From Camelus dromedarius (taxonomy: Eukaryota), in NCBI RefSeq assembly GCF_036321535.1, contig NC_087437.1, forward strand, positions 103,728,001 to 103,792,000: a stretch of DNA of 64,000 nucleotides, written 5' to 3'. The position numbers and the translations under genes were made by a program. The notes below the pieces were generated by a model. The model saw nothing but the letters and a program-made list of their open reading frames with translations, did not search any database and was not told the origin of the DNA. Shown one piece after another: positions 38,197 through 51,886 of this stretch (positions are counted from its first letter, which is position 1; the number at the start of each line of letters is the position of its first letter).

Positions 38197-41100
38197 GGGA
38201 GATCAAGATAGGGGAGTCAGAAGATGCTGAGGTCACCTCCTCCCACAAAAACAGCAAATAATCAACTACATGCAGAATAACTCGCTGAAAACAATCTGGA
38301 ACCTGACAAAAATGCTCTTCTACAACCAAGGTCATAAAGAAACATCCATATGGAGTCAAGTAGGAAGGGAGAAGTGGTGACAAGTTCTAGGTTTGTGCCT
38401 TTAACAGGGAATACAGAAGAGGAGGGGGAGATCACAGGTTCAGAAATCCTCCTTAGGAAGAAATTGACAATAATAAAATAATAATAGGGGTTTTAACATC
38501 CCATTTACATCAATGGCCAGATCATTCAGACAGAAAGACAAAAAGCAAAGTAGTGGTCTTAAAAGAGACATCAAACTAGTAGGACTTAATAAATACCTAC
38601 TGGATAGTCCATCCAAAAACAGAAGAATATACATTCTTTTCAGGTGCACATGGAATGTTCTCCAGGATAAATCACATGCTAAGCTATGAAACAAGTCTCA
38701 ACAAATTTAAGATAATAGAAATTTTATCATGCATCTTTTCTGACCACACAGTATGAAATTAGAAATCAATCACAGGAAGAAAAATGGGAAAAACACAAAC
38801 ATGGATAATAAACAACACACTACTAGAAAACCAATGGATAAATCAAGAAATCAAAGAGTAACTCAGAAAATACCTTGAGATAAATGAAAGTAAAAGATAA
38901 ATTTTCAAAATCTATTGGATGCAGCAAAAGCAGTTCTAAGAAGGAGATTTATAGCAATACAGACCAATAGGCCTATTGTATAAAGACAGGATCAAGAAAT
39001 AAGAAAAATCTCAAATAAGCAACCTAAACTATCATTGAAATAAATTAGAAAAAAAAAAAAAAGAACAAACACAGCCTAAAATTGGCAGAAGGAAGGAAAT
39101 AATAAAGATCAGAGCAAAAGTAAATAAAACAGACTTCAAAATACAGAAAATATCAATGAAACAAAGAGCTATTTTTCCAAAAAGATAAACAAAATTGATA
39201 AGCCTATAACTAGGCTCATTAAGAAAAAGAAGACAGAGGACATAAATAAACAAAATAAGAAATGAAAGTGAAGAAATTACAAACAATATCACAGAGATAC
39301 AAACAATCATAAGAGAAGACTGCAAATAGTTACATGCCAAAAAATTGAACAATCAAGAAGAAATGGAAAAATTTCCTAGAAACATTGAGTCTTCCAAGAA
39401 TGAATCAGGAAGAAACAGATAATCTGAACAGGTGATCACTCATAGTGAAATTAAATCAGTAATCAAAAAAATTCCAGCAAGCAAAGGTCCAGGACTGAAT
39501 GTTTTATAGGGGAAATCAACCAAACATATAAAGAAGGGCTAATACTTACCTTTCTCAAACTATTCCAAAAAATTCAAGAGGATGGGACACTCCCAATTTC
39601 ATTCTATGAGGCCACCATTAGCCTGATAACAAAACCAGATAAAGATACTACACAAAAGAAAATAATAGGCCAGTAACTTTGAGGAATATAGATGCAAAAA
39701 TTCTCAATAAAATATTATCAAAATAAATTCAACAATATATAAAAAAGGATCATTCACCATGATCAAGTGGGATTTATTCCAGAGATGCAAGGCTAGTTCA
39801 ATATGTACAAATTAATTTATGTGATATATCACATTAACAAAATGAAGGATGAAAATCACCAGATCTTCTCAATAGATACAGAAAGAGCATTTGACAAAAT
39901 TCAACATCCATTCATGGATAAATACTCCCAGAAAACTGGGTATAAAGTGAACATTTCTCAACATAATACAGCCCGTTTGTGACCAACCCACAGCCATTAT
40001 CATATTCAATGCTAAAAATCCAAAAGCTTTTCCTATAAATTCAAGATCAAGACAAAGATAGCCATTCTCACCACTTCTAGTTAATATAACATTGCAAGTC
40101 CTAGCCACAGTAATCAGACAAGTAAAGAAATAAGAAATAGTCAGATTGGAAGGGAAGAAATAAAACTCTCTATTTGCAGATGACATGATACTATATATTG
40201 AAAACCTTAAAGTTCTACAAAAAAACTATTAGAACTAATAAATGAATTTAGTAAATTTGCAGGATACAGATTAATATACATAAATATGTTGCTTTTCAAC
40301 ATAATAATAATAAACTATTAGAAACAGAAATAAAGAAAATAATCCCATTTTAAAATCATATTAAAAAATAAAATACCTAGAAATAAGCTTAACCAAGGAG
40401 TTGAAAGACCTATACTCTGAAACTGTAAAATACTGATGAAAGTAACTGAAAATGATACAAGGAAATTGAAAGATACTGCACGTTTAAAGATTTGAAAAAT
40501 ATTATTAAAATGACCATGGCAATCTATAGATTCAATGTGACCCCCATCAAAAGTATCCACATTTTTTACAGAACTATAATAATCCTAAAATTTATATGGA
40601 ACCACAAAACACCTTGAATAGCTAAAGTAATCTTGAGAAAAATTAACAAAGCTGATGGTGTTAGGCTCTCTGACTTCAGACTAAATTATAATCAATACCA
40701 TATTGTTCTTGAACAAAAACACACATATAGATCACTTGGACACAATAGAGAGGACAGAAATAAACACATACATATGGTCAATTATTCTATGACAAAAGAG
40801 GCAAAAATATACAATGGGGAAATGTCTCTCTAGTAAGTGGTGCTGAGAAAACTGGACAGTTACATATAAAGAATGAAATTACAATTTTCTGACACCATAC
40901 AAAAACTAAACTAAAAGTAAATTAAAGATTTAAATATAAACAAGATACCATAAAACTCTGAGAAGAAAACATAGGCAGTATACCCGTTCACATAATTCTT
41001 AGCAATATTTTTGGATCTATCTCCTCAAGCAAAGAAAATAAAAGCAAAATAAACAAATAACATCCAATTAAAACTTTTTGCACAGCAAGAGAAACTACTG

Positions 41101-42158
41101 ACAAAATGAAAAGATAATCTATTGAGTGGGAGACAATATTTGCAAACTTTGTGTTATAAAAAGGGTTAATATCCAAAATATATAAACAGCTCATATAACA
41201 CAACATCAAAAAAAAAAAAACCTGATTAAAACATGGGAGAAGACCTGAATAGACATTTTCCTAAAGAAGACATACAGATGGCCCACAAACACATAAATAG
41301 ATGTTCAACATTAGTAATCATCAGGGAAATGCAAATTAAAACCATAATATCACCTCACATCTGTCAGAACAGCTAGTGTCAAAAAGACAACAAACAACAA
41401 ATATTGGCATGGATGCGGAGAAAAGGGAACCCTAGCACACTGTTGGTAGGAATGTAAATTGGTGCAGCTGCTACGAAAAACAATATGGATGTTTCTTAAA
41501 AAAACTAAAAATAGAACTATTATACGATCCAGCAATTTCTTTCTTAGGTATATATGTAAAGAAAACAAAAATGGTAATTTGAAAAGATGTATGAACCACA
41601 TTGTTCATAGCAACATTATTTACAATAGCCAAGATGTGGAAGCAACCATAAGTGTCTATCAACAGATGACCGCATAAAGAATATGTACTATACATATACA
41701 GTGAAATATTATTCAGCATTAAAAAAAGAATAAAATGTTGCCATCTACAACAACATAGATGGAGCTGGGGGGTATTATGTTTATTGAAATAAATCAGACA
41801 GAGAAAGGGAAATACTGTAAATTATCACTTATATATAGAATATAAAAAGTAATCTAAATGAATGACTTATAAATTAATCACTATTATAAAGCAAACACAC
41901 TCACAGAGAGAACAAATTAGTGGTTACCAGTGGAAAGGGGGAGGGACAACAGGGGTAGGGAATTAAGAGATACAAACTACTATGAATAAAGTTAGATACA
42001 AAGATGTATTGTACAGCACAGGAAATAGAGTCAATTTCTGTAATAATTTTATATAATAAATTTAAATGGAGTATAATCTATAAAAATGCTGAAATACTAT
42101 GTTGCATACTTCAATATAACCTAATATTGTAAATCAACTATACTTTAGTTTAAAATAA
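38197..42158 (+). mobile_element. L1 with 5'UTR start fused to ORF2 (EN-RT-C-term, frameshifted) and 3' UTR
   Basis: 5'UTR start gggagatcaagat...gaggtcacctcctcccacaaa; EN SDH motif ttttctgaccac at ~38737; RT LFADDM codons at 40170-40187; 3' end gtaaatcaactatacttt. Confidence 0.92.
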
Positions 42159-43089
42159 TATCCTTAGAAAAAAGTGATAGAATTTAAAAACTCAGATTTA
42201 TAAAGAATCTATATATTTTTACATAGAATATATTTCAAACTCTGCTTTTTTTTAGTTGTTTGACCTATCAAAATATGGAGAGTTCATACCAGAGAAGTGT
42301 TAAGCTAATTTCATGTTTCTTTTTTTCAAATGTTAGGCAGAGTCAATGGCAGTTATACTGAAATATAACAGAGTGAAATGGTTAAAGGAACCAACTGAAG
42401 CTAATATTTATGAAATCTGAATATAAATACAAAAATTTAAAAGTATTAATAAATGTCTCCCAAGCAGACAGAAGATAGAGAATAATTTATCTCGAAAAAC
42501 CACAACAAAAATGGACTTCTGTGGTTTTCTTATTTCATGGTGCTTCCAGATCACAATGACTAGAGTTGTTAAAAAAAAAAAGCCAGACTTACCAGCAACA
42601 AAGAATATGGTTCATCAACGATAGGGCAATCAAACATGTAGAAGTCTTAGAGAGCCCTTAAGAAGACATAATATCCAAAATCTGAATATAAACTCTGCCT
42701 AGATCTGTAAGTGACCATTAAATGTATAGAGCCATTGCCAGAGGCTCAGACCAAAAACCTGGAAGGGACCAGACAAGAAACTACCACTGACAACGTGAAA
42801 CCTGGTCATATTTGTGAATGTCTATTGTAACTTAAATCTTAATAGATTCTCCAGTCAGCGTTCAGCTCAGGAGACTGAAAGCTGAGACCATGCATAATGG
42901 ATGTGTCAGAAGACAGAATATGATCCTGGGAGAGCAACTGACAATCCAGGGTGGGCTCACCAGTAGTAAGGGAATTACTGAGAAAGTGGACAACAAAATT
43001 ACTGAAAATATACTTTGTCCAAATACTTGCCTAAGAGCCAAACTATACATACACAGAGAGCATAAAAGCTAAAAAAGGTTTATTTGCCC

Positions 43090-45880
43090 AAGGAAGTTGT
43101 AAGAACACATGTAAACCAGACCTTCAGCAGTATATTAATCACAATGGCCAATTTTCAACCGAAAATCACTAGATAGGCAAATAAACAGGAAAATAACCCT
43201 CTACACAGAAGAAAAACGTCATCAGTGAAAATTGCATCTGAGCAGAACTAAATGCTTGATTTCACAGATAAAACACCAGAGCAACTATTAGAAATGTGTT
43301 CAAAAGTAAAGAAATATGTGTTGAAAGAATTCAAGGGAAAAAACAGTCTTAATGAATTACAAAGAAGGAATGTCAATAAAGAAATATAAAATATAAACAG
43401 TAGAAGCATTCTGGTAAAAATATACACTAATAAAATTGAAAAACAAATCAGTAGATTTTCTCAACAGCTTGGAGATGGCAGACACAACAGTAACGATAGA
43501 AGCTGGAAGTCATTAGAATAGCAAACTGAACCAAGAATTTCATATCCAGTGAAACTACCCATAAACAATAAAGAAAACAAAAATTTTCAGATAAAAAGTG
43601 AAAGACTTTGAAGCAAGCATTCCTGACCTATAAGAAATGATGAAAATTTTTCAGACTGATGAGAAACAACACTGGTTGGGACTGCAAATTTACAAGAATG
43701 AAAGAATAATGAGAAAAAGAAGTAGAAAATACATAGGTAAATAAAAAAGTATACATGCACACAAATTTGTCTTTTCTTTTCATGAAATTTTTAAAAGCCA
43801 TATGACTTGAAAGCAAAAATTGTGACAACTTATGCTGGGGTTTATAACATTTATAGAATTAATATACATTGTATAAGAACACAGGTGGTTTATAAATAGA
43901 ATTATAAATTGGTGGTTTATAAATAGAATTATAAATTATCAAGTTTTCAAGTTTCCCATTTTAAACATGAAGAAATCATATGTTAAATACAAGAATATTG
44001 CTTCACATTAAACAGAAATCTGTCTTTTTTAGAATGACTAAATATTAAGTTAAAGTAAAGCCAAGGAATAAATCAAACTAGAATACAAAAAAAAATTCAA
44101 GTGACAAAAAACTAATAAAGGGGATAGTTGAAACAAACAGATGAATAATCAAATAAAAACAGATAAAATAAATTGAAAGCAAATATCCAAATGACAAACT
44201 ATCACGTCACTAATTTCATTAAGTGTAAACAGAATAAACGTTATATTAAATGCAGAGATGATTAGAATATAAAAGCAACAAGATTCAACTATATGCTGTT
44301 TGCAAGATGAACACATACTAAAAGTAAAAGGTACAAACAGGGTGTAAATAGAAGAAAGGAAAAAGATATTCAAGTAACTATTAATCATATTAAAGCTGGA
44401 ATGGCCTTATTAATGATAGGAAAAATTGTCACTAAAGTAGAAACACTAAGAAAATGGCACTTATTCACAATAAAATGTCAATGTATTAGAAATACATAAC
44501 AATTATAAATATGTATGTACCTAATAAAACCACTTCAAAGTATATGGAAAAATAATGGAATTAAAGGGAAAATAGCCAAATCTGTACCTTCAGATGGAGG
44601 TTTTATTACTTTTTTCCAATTATTTATAGATGAATTAGACAAAAATCCAGAAAGTTTGTAGAAAATTCAACTAACTCTAACACAGCACCCAAGTATAACT
44701 GATTAAACTTTTTAAAAACACACATAAAATGTTAATAACGTTTATAAACGTTTATATTGTGGGCCATAAAACAAGTCTCAACAGATTTTTCAACATGAGA
44801 ATATTTCAGAATATGTTTCCTGATCACAATGAAATTAAATAAGCTAACAACATCTAGAAAGTAGAAAATTTCTAAATATTTAAATATTTCAAAATTAAGC
44901 AATTTTTATTTCTAAACAACTCAAGTATAAATAAAATCACAAGGGGAAGTAGAAATATTGAACTAAATGACAATGAAAACTTGACATATCAAAATTAACA
45001 GAAGGGAGCTAAAACATCCTTATATGTGAATTTATGGCTTCAAATACTTATTTCATAAGCTTTATAAAAGGATAACTTTAAGAAGTTACAAAACTCTGGT
45101 TAAGCTGATCAGTAAAAAAGATGAGAAAACATAAATTTGAAAAAAAAAATCACCACATATTCTTGGTAAAAATCTGAGCATTAATAATAAAAGACACTTC
45201 CCTCAACCACATAAAGGCCATCTATGAAAAGCCTGCTGCAAGATAATACTTACTGTTGAAAGACTAATTGTCGACTACTGAGACTAATGCGGCAAGACTA
45301 ACGTTGAAATCCTAAAACTTGAAACAAGAAGAAATACCACACCGATCACTCTGTTTATCACTACTCTAGAGTTCTTGTCCAGTGCAACTATAGGCAAAAC
45401 GATTGCAATGGTTTAAGCAAAAATGTCTTTATCTCCAAAGAATATTACCATTTGTATAAAATCCCAAGAAACTGTATTAGATAAGCTACCAGAACTAATA
45501 AATAAATTAAGCAATTGATTGTATTTTTATAAAATAACAATAAGCAATTTAAAAACAAAATCAATAATTCAACTACATTTAAAATACATTCTCCAAAAAC
45601 ATGAAATAGTCTCAGATGAACTTAGTAAACCATCTACAAGACCTGTACAGTGGAAATTTTGAAATATTTTTGAAATATTTAGAAAAGTAAATATCTAGAG
45701 ATATGCTTTGCTTTAAGATTGCAAGACTCAAAATTCATTAAGATGTCATATGTTCCCAAATAGATCCAAAGATTTTAATGCATCTCAATTAAAACGTTCA
45801 GCAAAAGTTTTGGAACTTGACAAGGTGATTCCTAAAACTTGTATTAAAATGCAAATAACTTAGAATAGCAACAGTTTTTA
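43090..45880 (+). mobile_element. Ancient, heavily deleted L1 (L1M4/L1ME-like) ORF1-ORF2 remnants
   Basis: ccaagaatttcatatccagtgaaacta (ORF1); gggccataaaacaagtctcaac...tgatcacaatgaaattaaat (EN); atctatgaaaagcctgctgca (RT region). Confidence 0.75.
43884..43937. repeat. Perfect 27-bp tandem duplication
   Basis: ggtggtttataaatagaattataaatt x2. Confidence 0.95.
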
Positions 45881-47781
45881 ACAGATTTCAAAAATAAATT
45901 CTTATAACACTACAAACAAGGAGGATTTAAAGCCACCTTACAGAGTAAGTTCAATATAATTAACTCTAAGACCTTAAAGTAAAATATTAATTGACCACTT
46001 ACTTCTGGATATCTAGACAACATAATTTTTATATGCCTGTAGTTTTATTTAATACATTATATTAAATGGATATATATAAGTTTAAGTTATATTAATGCAT
46101 ATGCTATTTAAAAGAATGTAAAAAATAAACATTATGGTAATATAATTCTGAAAGTTCCTTATCTTTTGTTTATTAAAAAGTGAGAAATAATTTTCCTAAA
46201 GTGAGAAATGCTTTTATTGTTCTAGACAATAAAAGAAGACATTAAAAGATATATTGGACAGTATCCTATTAAGGGATAATATCTGAATAGAAGTGTTCTA
46301 ATTTGCTTATTTCTATAATACCTATAAATGCTGAGTTTATGAGGAAAAATTAAATTCAGTTAAATTAAAAATAGTTAATTATGATGGGTAAGGAAAAAGG
46401 CTTATAAATACTTTACTACAAATTGTTAACATGGATGGTAATGAAAAAAGTGGAAAACTAGGGGTTTTTTCCTGTTAAAAATGAACAAGTCATCCTGTCT
46501 TCAGGGAGAAGTAATTCTTTCAATTGCTAAAATACACTAACACTTCGTTTTTTACATACTTTAAAATAATTTTTATTGAAGTTCCATTTTTAAAGTTTCA
46601 TTTTCTAATAATCATTGTCATTTACTGCTATATTTTTAAAATATCACAGTGTAACTCTTGCCTTAAGTACATCTATCTCCTCTGACCACAATGTCTTGTC
46701 TGCATTTTGCCTTTCCCAAATTCAGGCCCTGAATGCAGAATAGTAAAAATGTCAGCACATCTTTCACACCTAAAAATCTTTGGGGTTCCTGAATAGGTAT
46801 TAGGTGAAGCAAAGTTTTGTTACTTCAGTTTATAAAAGGAATTACATTAAGAATGGTTAAATATGCTGGGCACTCTCCAAATGTTACGTATCTCAGAAAT
46901 GCAAAGGCCTTTTGGGGGTTCCTTTGTTTACTGAATTATGACAAAAAAGAATAAAACCAGACATTTTTGAAATAGAAAATCCTAGATTAATTACATATAT
47001 TTCAAATACATTAATATTACTATAACTATGTTAAAATGATTATGTCCTTTGGTTAAAGGAAACCTTAGTCAAAGTTTAGTTAAAATGTATTCTTTGGCTA
47101 CAAGAAGTATACTCAATTTTATATGCAAAGATAGGTTAAATACTATCTAAAAATACTCTTTATTGAATATGCTTATACATTAGAAATATTGATAGTATAA
47201 TTTATTCCACAGATTCAACATCTACAGATTTAATCTTACATGTTGTCTGATGCCCCACTAGAGGATTCAGTTCCCTCCCATTCTGACAAAGTGATAAAAC
47301 TTCTAAAGCTGCTCAGACTTACCACTTACCAAGAAGAATGGATCACCATTCCTCACAAGCCTAGCCAGCCCCTCCCTGTATGATCTTAAACTTGGCTACT
47401 GAGTACTTTGGAAATAACTCTAGAGACAAAATGAGCTTGAAGTTCAGTAGAGAGAAACTTATCAGGGAATGCTAACATCTGAACAGTAAAACTAACTCCA
47501 TTTTTCTAGAAAATCTCTAGAAGCTAACGTTTCACAAACAACCTTGGATCTTTAGAGGGGGAAGAAGTATTAAGAAGTAGACCGCTTTACCCAAGGTCAT
47601 ATTCAAGGTCACTGGGAAAAGACTCCTCAGATTGCCTCACTCTCTCTTTTTCCTTTTTGTTATTTGACTTTTACACCATTTCCCTTTGCGAAGTGTCAAG
47701 GTTCTGTCATATTAGTTGACATCCCTGCCCTTTCCTCATGGGACTCCAGAATCTTCTAGTTGACATTCACTAGATTGGGAC

Positions 47782-47816
47782 TGTTTTGTTTTGTTTTGTT
47801 TTGTTTTGTTTTTGTT
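47782..47816. repeat. (GTTTT)n microsatellite
   Basis: About 6 copies. Confidence 0.9.
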
Positions 47817-48337
47817 GATAATGTGGCAAATTAAACAACTGATACCAAATCAAAGTGAAATATCACTTGGATATAAAGAAGATCTAAATAGATTATAGCT
47901 AATGTGAGCCATGTTGAAAACTTAAATAACAACCCTTGTTTGAGTCACAAACAAATGCTATCAAGCCAGATGATTCAAAATATGATCCTCCAACAGAAAT
48001 AAAAATGAAGTCAGGTGCTGATAAAGATCAAAACAAGAGCGAGTAAAAACATGATACATGATTAAGAGCTTTGAATTGCAATGCAGATCTGGATTTTTTA
48101 GATCTTCAAAAAATAATGATTTATCCATCAGCTTCAGTTAGAGGATTATGAAAGAGCATGGCAGAAACAAGTGAGAATTGGATCTGCTGGCAATAGGACT
48201 GTGAAAGGCAACAGAGGATTGAATGAAAAACCACAATTGTCAAATAGAACTACACCCTGACTCTCAAAACAGATTAAACCATAACAAACTAATCCATGAT
48301 GTGCATCACAGACTATCAAAGACTGAACTCTTAAAAC

Positions 48338-48465
48338 CAGATTTTGTAACAACCTACAATGAAACATAATCTGCAAAAACACTGAATCACTATGCTGTGC
48401 ATTTGAAACTAACACAATACTATACATCTACTATACTTAAATAAAAACAAATAAGAAATAAGCAA
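48338..48465 (+). mobile_element. Short L1 3' terminus with A-rich tail
   Basis: actgaatcactatgctgtgcatttgaaactaacacaatactatacatctactatacttaaataaaaac. Confidence 0.8.
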
Positions 48466-48469
48466 TAAC

Positions 48470-48690
48470 AGAAACTCACAGCTCTTTCATACCTATGTGT
48501 TTCAAATAAAACCGCTGACAATCTGGCCTTACAGCAGCTTGCCTAGTTTAAAGATAACAACTTCCTTCCACTACGTCCTTTAGGGTTGCCCAGAGTTCTT
48601 CCACAGAGCATTCTCCCTTGCTGCTCCATGCACAATAATCCAATTACTTTTTATTACAAATATGTTTCTGATGGCCTTTGGCTTTAATAT
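48470..48690 (+). mobile_element. Old ERV1-like LTR 3' portion (MER90/MER110-like)
   Basis: gcattctcccttgctgc...caataatccaa...tacaaatatgtttctgatggcctttggct. Confidence 0.35.
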
Positions 48691-49363
48691 GATAAACAAG
48701 TATATCTGAAAGCTTAACTTACCATCAACTAAGATAGTATTAATATACAGAATCAATATTTCAAAGCTACACTGATAAAAATGTGACTTTCACATTTTGT
48801 TTAGATTTCACTCAATGAGTTTTGAGGTAATAAGTATATCTTTAAGATTAGTCCTAAGGCTTTTAGAAAGAGAACAATTTCTTTGCTCTTTCCTCTAGGG
48901 TAAAAACCATTTCCGTTGTCACAGCACTGACAGATAATTATTTCATTGCTGAAAACTCCTGACTCAGAGAAGATGTCATAGGTAATTTTGTAACTAACTG
49001 TTGCAGTTCAAGCTTTCAGAAATTGCTGATACATACCCTGTCATCGGGGGGAAATAAAGTTACTTTTTTTTCCAAAAAGTTAGCATTTTAAAAATACAAT
49101 TTCTGAGTTCATAAAACTTCACAATAGTGAAGAACACTGATCTCTAAATTTGTTCTTTCTTAAGATATCAAATAATCACAAATTTTATTTTTGAATTTAA
49201 GAATAGATCAACTTATTTTTTTTCCAGTGAATTAGGATATACATTATACATGTGAACACTGCAAATTCAAGTATGTTTTTATTTGCTTTTGATTAGAATT
49301 TTACATTTCAGTATAATTGCACCAATTATCACAAACTATTCAGAAGTCCTGTTTAGTAAATAC

Positions 49364-49553
49364 CTTCATTGAGTTGTTTTAATATGGAAATAGTGAAAGT
49401 AGCTTGAAAAGTTCCATATTCATGGATCTCTAGGGTTCTGAACATCCATTTGGGTACTGAGATTATAGAATTTCTACATTCTATTAAGTTCCGTAAATCT
49501 GTTATAACCACCTTTTGTTGATCATAATAATTACAGTTTCCATTCTTACACAT
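49364..49553 (-). CDS. Candidate internal coding exon of an unidentified gene (MCKNGNCNYYDQQKVVITDLRNLIECRNSIISVPKWMFRTLEIHEYGTFQATFTISILKQLNE)
   Basis: ctcatttactag|ATG acceptor and GAAG|gtattt donor bracket a 190-nt single open frame in non-repeat DNA; product not recognised. Confidence 0.3.
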
Positions 49554-50739
49554 CTAGTAAATGAGTGTAACGTGAATCTGCACTCATTTGAAGTCTTGTA
49601 AGTGATGCTAACAACCAATGAGGATATAGGTGATTATAACTGAATTCGGTACAAATTTATCTAATGATCCTTTATGAAGACCAAGGCTACATAAAACTAG
49701 TTACTATTACCTTGTAGTGAATTATCTGGAGGGGAATAATTATTTTTTATTAGTCACATTATTTATTTTGTATTATTAAAATTTGCAGAATAGAGGAAAA
49801 GTCCTGACACACAGAAACTTCATTAAACTTTAATATTTAAAATTCTATAATTCTTACATATTAATAAAAAATGTCTTTCTTTAGAAATATATAGCATGGA
49901 TTTTAATGTTACAAATTATAGGTGATCTCTCAGCCTATTTTTTTTAAACAAAACTTCATACTTGGTTATAACCAAAAATAAATATTGTGAAATACATAAA
50001 CTCAATTTTTTATGTGTCAAGTAGATCATTGTAACTTCACATTTAATTGGCTCCTTCTCTAAGAGAATACATGACTTGATGAAATGATTAAAATAATCCT
50101 CTTGCCCTCGACTTGGTTGTTTTTAAAGCTCTTTTTATTCAAATATCATGCCTGAATTATTTATTTTTGTAACTTAGGCATTCATTTTGAAATCACTATC
50201 CAACCAATTAAAATGTACTTTGACAGCTGATGTTTAAAAAAGAGCTAAAACACTTTACATGTAGGCAAATCAAACATTTCCTGTGCTATTACCACAAATT
50301 TCAGTTCCCACAAGCCAAGAAGTTCTATTCTTAAACATTTTGGAGAGAGTTGTAGAGAAATACTCTATCTTCCTCTGAAGGGGGACCTCAGGAAGAATAA
50401 TTTGACCAACATATATTCTGTCACAGATGGAAGTATTCCTTACTGTGCTTTTTACCAGTGAATCTTTACTTTCTAAAGAAACACCAGTGCTCCTACACTG
50501 GTATGTCTGTTACAGGATAAAAACGAATGTACAATCTAATCATTTGGGGCAATGCCACAAACTACATACATTTAACTATTTCACCATGTATTTGTCATGA
50601 TCATTTTGCCCCAGAACCTTTTTAGTTTCCTTTAAAAGCATTTATTAATATTTCCACATATTAGAGTTTTAAAGAATATATTGTGAAATATGTAATTAAG
50701 TGAACATTTTCAATCCATAATTTTACAGGTTTTAATAAG

Positions 50740-50955
50740 TCATTTCTACATATATATGAGCTCATTTTACTTTTCCCAACCGCCATGTGATGAATATTCT
50801 AATTAATTCCATTTTGCATATGAGGAATCGGAGCAAAAGTGATTTAGTAGTGCTAACCTAGAGGTTAATTCAGGGAAGGTACGCTATAGAGATGGAATTT
50901 TTAAAGAAATTATCCTAGCTTCTAAGCCCGTGCTGCTAAACAGTCTACACACTGT
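50740..50955 (-). mobile_element. MIR SINE
   Basis: ttccattttgcatatgaggaatcggagc...gcttctaagcccgtgctgctaaacagtctacac. Confidence 0.65.
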
Positions 50956-51359
50956 CCAATTCGTGCGCTGGTTACGAGTAACTGGCACACTGACATTTGG
51001 GCATAACCCCTCTTATGTCATATCTTAGATGTTTGCTTATTTGATATATATGTACATGTATAATTTGACCCTGTTAGAGTTCATATTTCCCAGCTACATA
51101 GTTACACAAATCTATGATTCTCCTAACCTCTTGCTTTCAAATACTCTGCATTAAAGACCACAAAAACTTTTTTTTTTTCTCCCTCTTGGGAGCTGAATGA
51201 AGAAAAATTATAAAAGTCAGTTGACTTTTGTTTGGAATCATAATGTTATGTGTTTTTGTGTGCAAACATATACATAATTTTATATGTAAATATAATGTAG
51301 AAAATGTTTATATATTTGTATATAAATATATTTTATATGTGTATGTATAATTTCCATTT

Positions 51360-51490
51360 CAACCACTTTCAGGGTGCAACTTAAATGATTAACTTTTCTT
51401 TGGTTTATTTTTTCTTTCATGTGCAAATTACTGGTAGTAAAATATCTAACGCATGTTGTTTTGTGAGGATAAATGTAAAAAGATATCCTT
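51360..51490 (+). mobile_element. MIR fragment
   Basis: tttctttcatgtgcaaatt...gttgttttgtgaggataaatg. Confidence 0.45.
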
Positions 51491-51559
51491 AGCTCTATTA
51501 ATTAGCCACAATTAAGAGAAAAACTCTACAGGCCTACGAAACCCTACAAACACTGTAAA

Positions 51560-51886
51560 ATTGAGCTCCAGCTCCATGCTTCATCTTTCTAGGTTAACTT
51601 TCATACTCATGATCATAAAGTCATGATTTCTGGATGGCTATACATCTCCATGTTTCAGAAAGAAAGAAGGAGAATTAGACAAAAATGCCTGTATCACGAA
51701 GGTAAATGCTCTATCAGAACCATTTAGCCCTCGACTGGAACTCTACACATAGCAAATGCACCATAATGGACAATGGAGCTAGGCGTGAATATTTTCAGAT
51801 GAGCCCATGGTCTGTCCAACATTGAATTTAAAAAGGAGGAAGGAGAGAATGGATATTTGGAAGGCAGTAGGTAATGCCGTGCCACT
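51560..51886 (-). mobile_element. MaLR LTR (MLT1J/K-like)
   Basis: aaggaggaaggagagaatggatatttggaaggcagtaggtaatgccgtgccacta is the characteristic end. Confidence 0.65.

Noticed and set aside
46212..46234. Short inverted repeat ttttattgt-tctag-acaataaaa (similar ones near 18110, 26444, 30083 and 50483)
   Set aside because: Stems of 7-10 bp are expected by chance in AT-rich DNA
47329..47430. Minus-strand acceptor/donor pair (tctctag|...CTTG|gtaagt)
   Set aside because: Stops in all three frames and no other support
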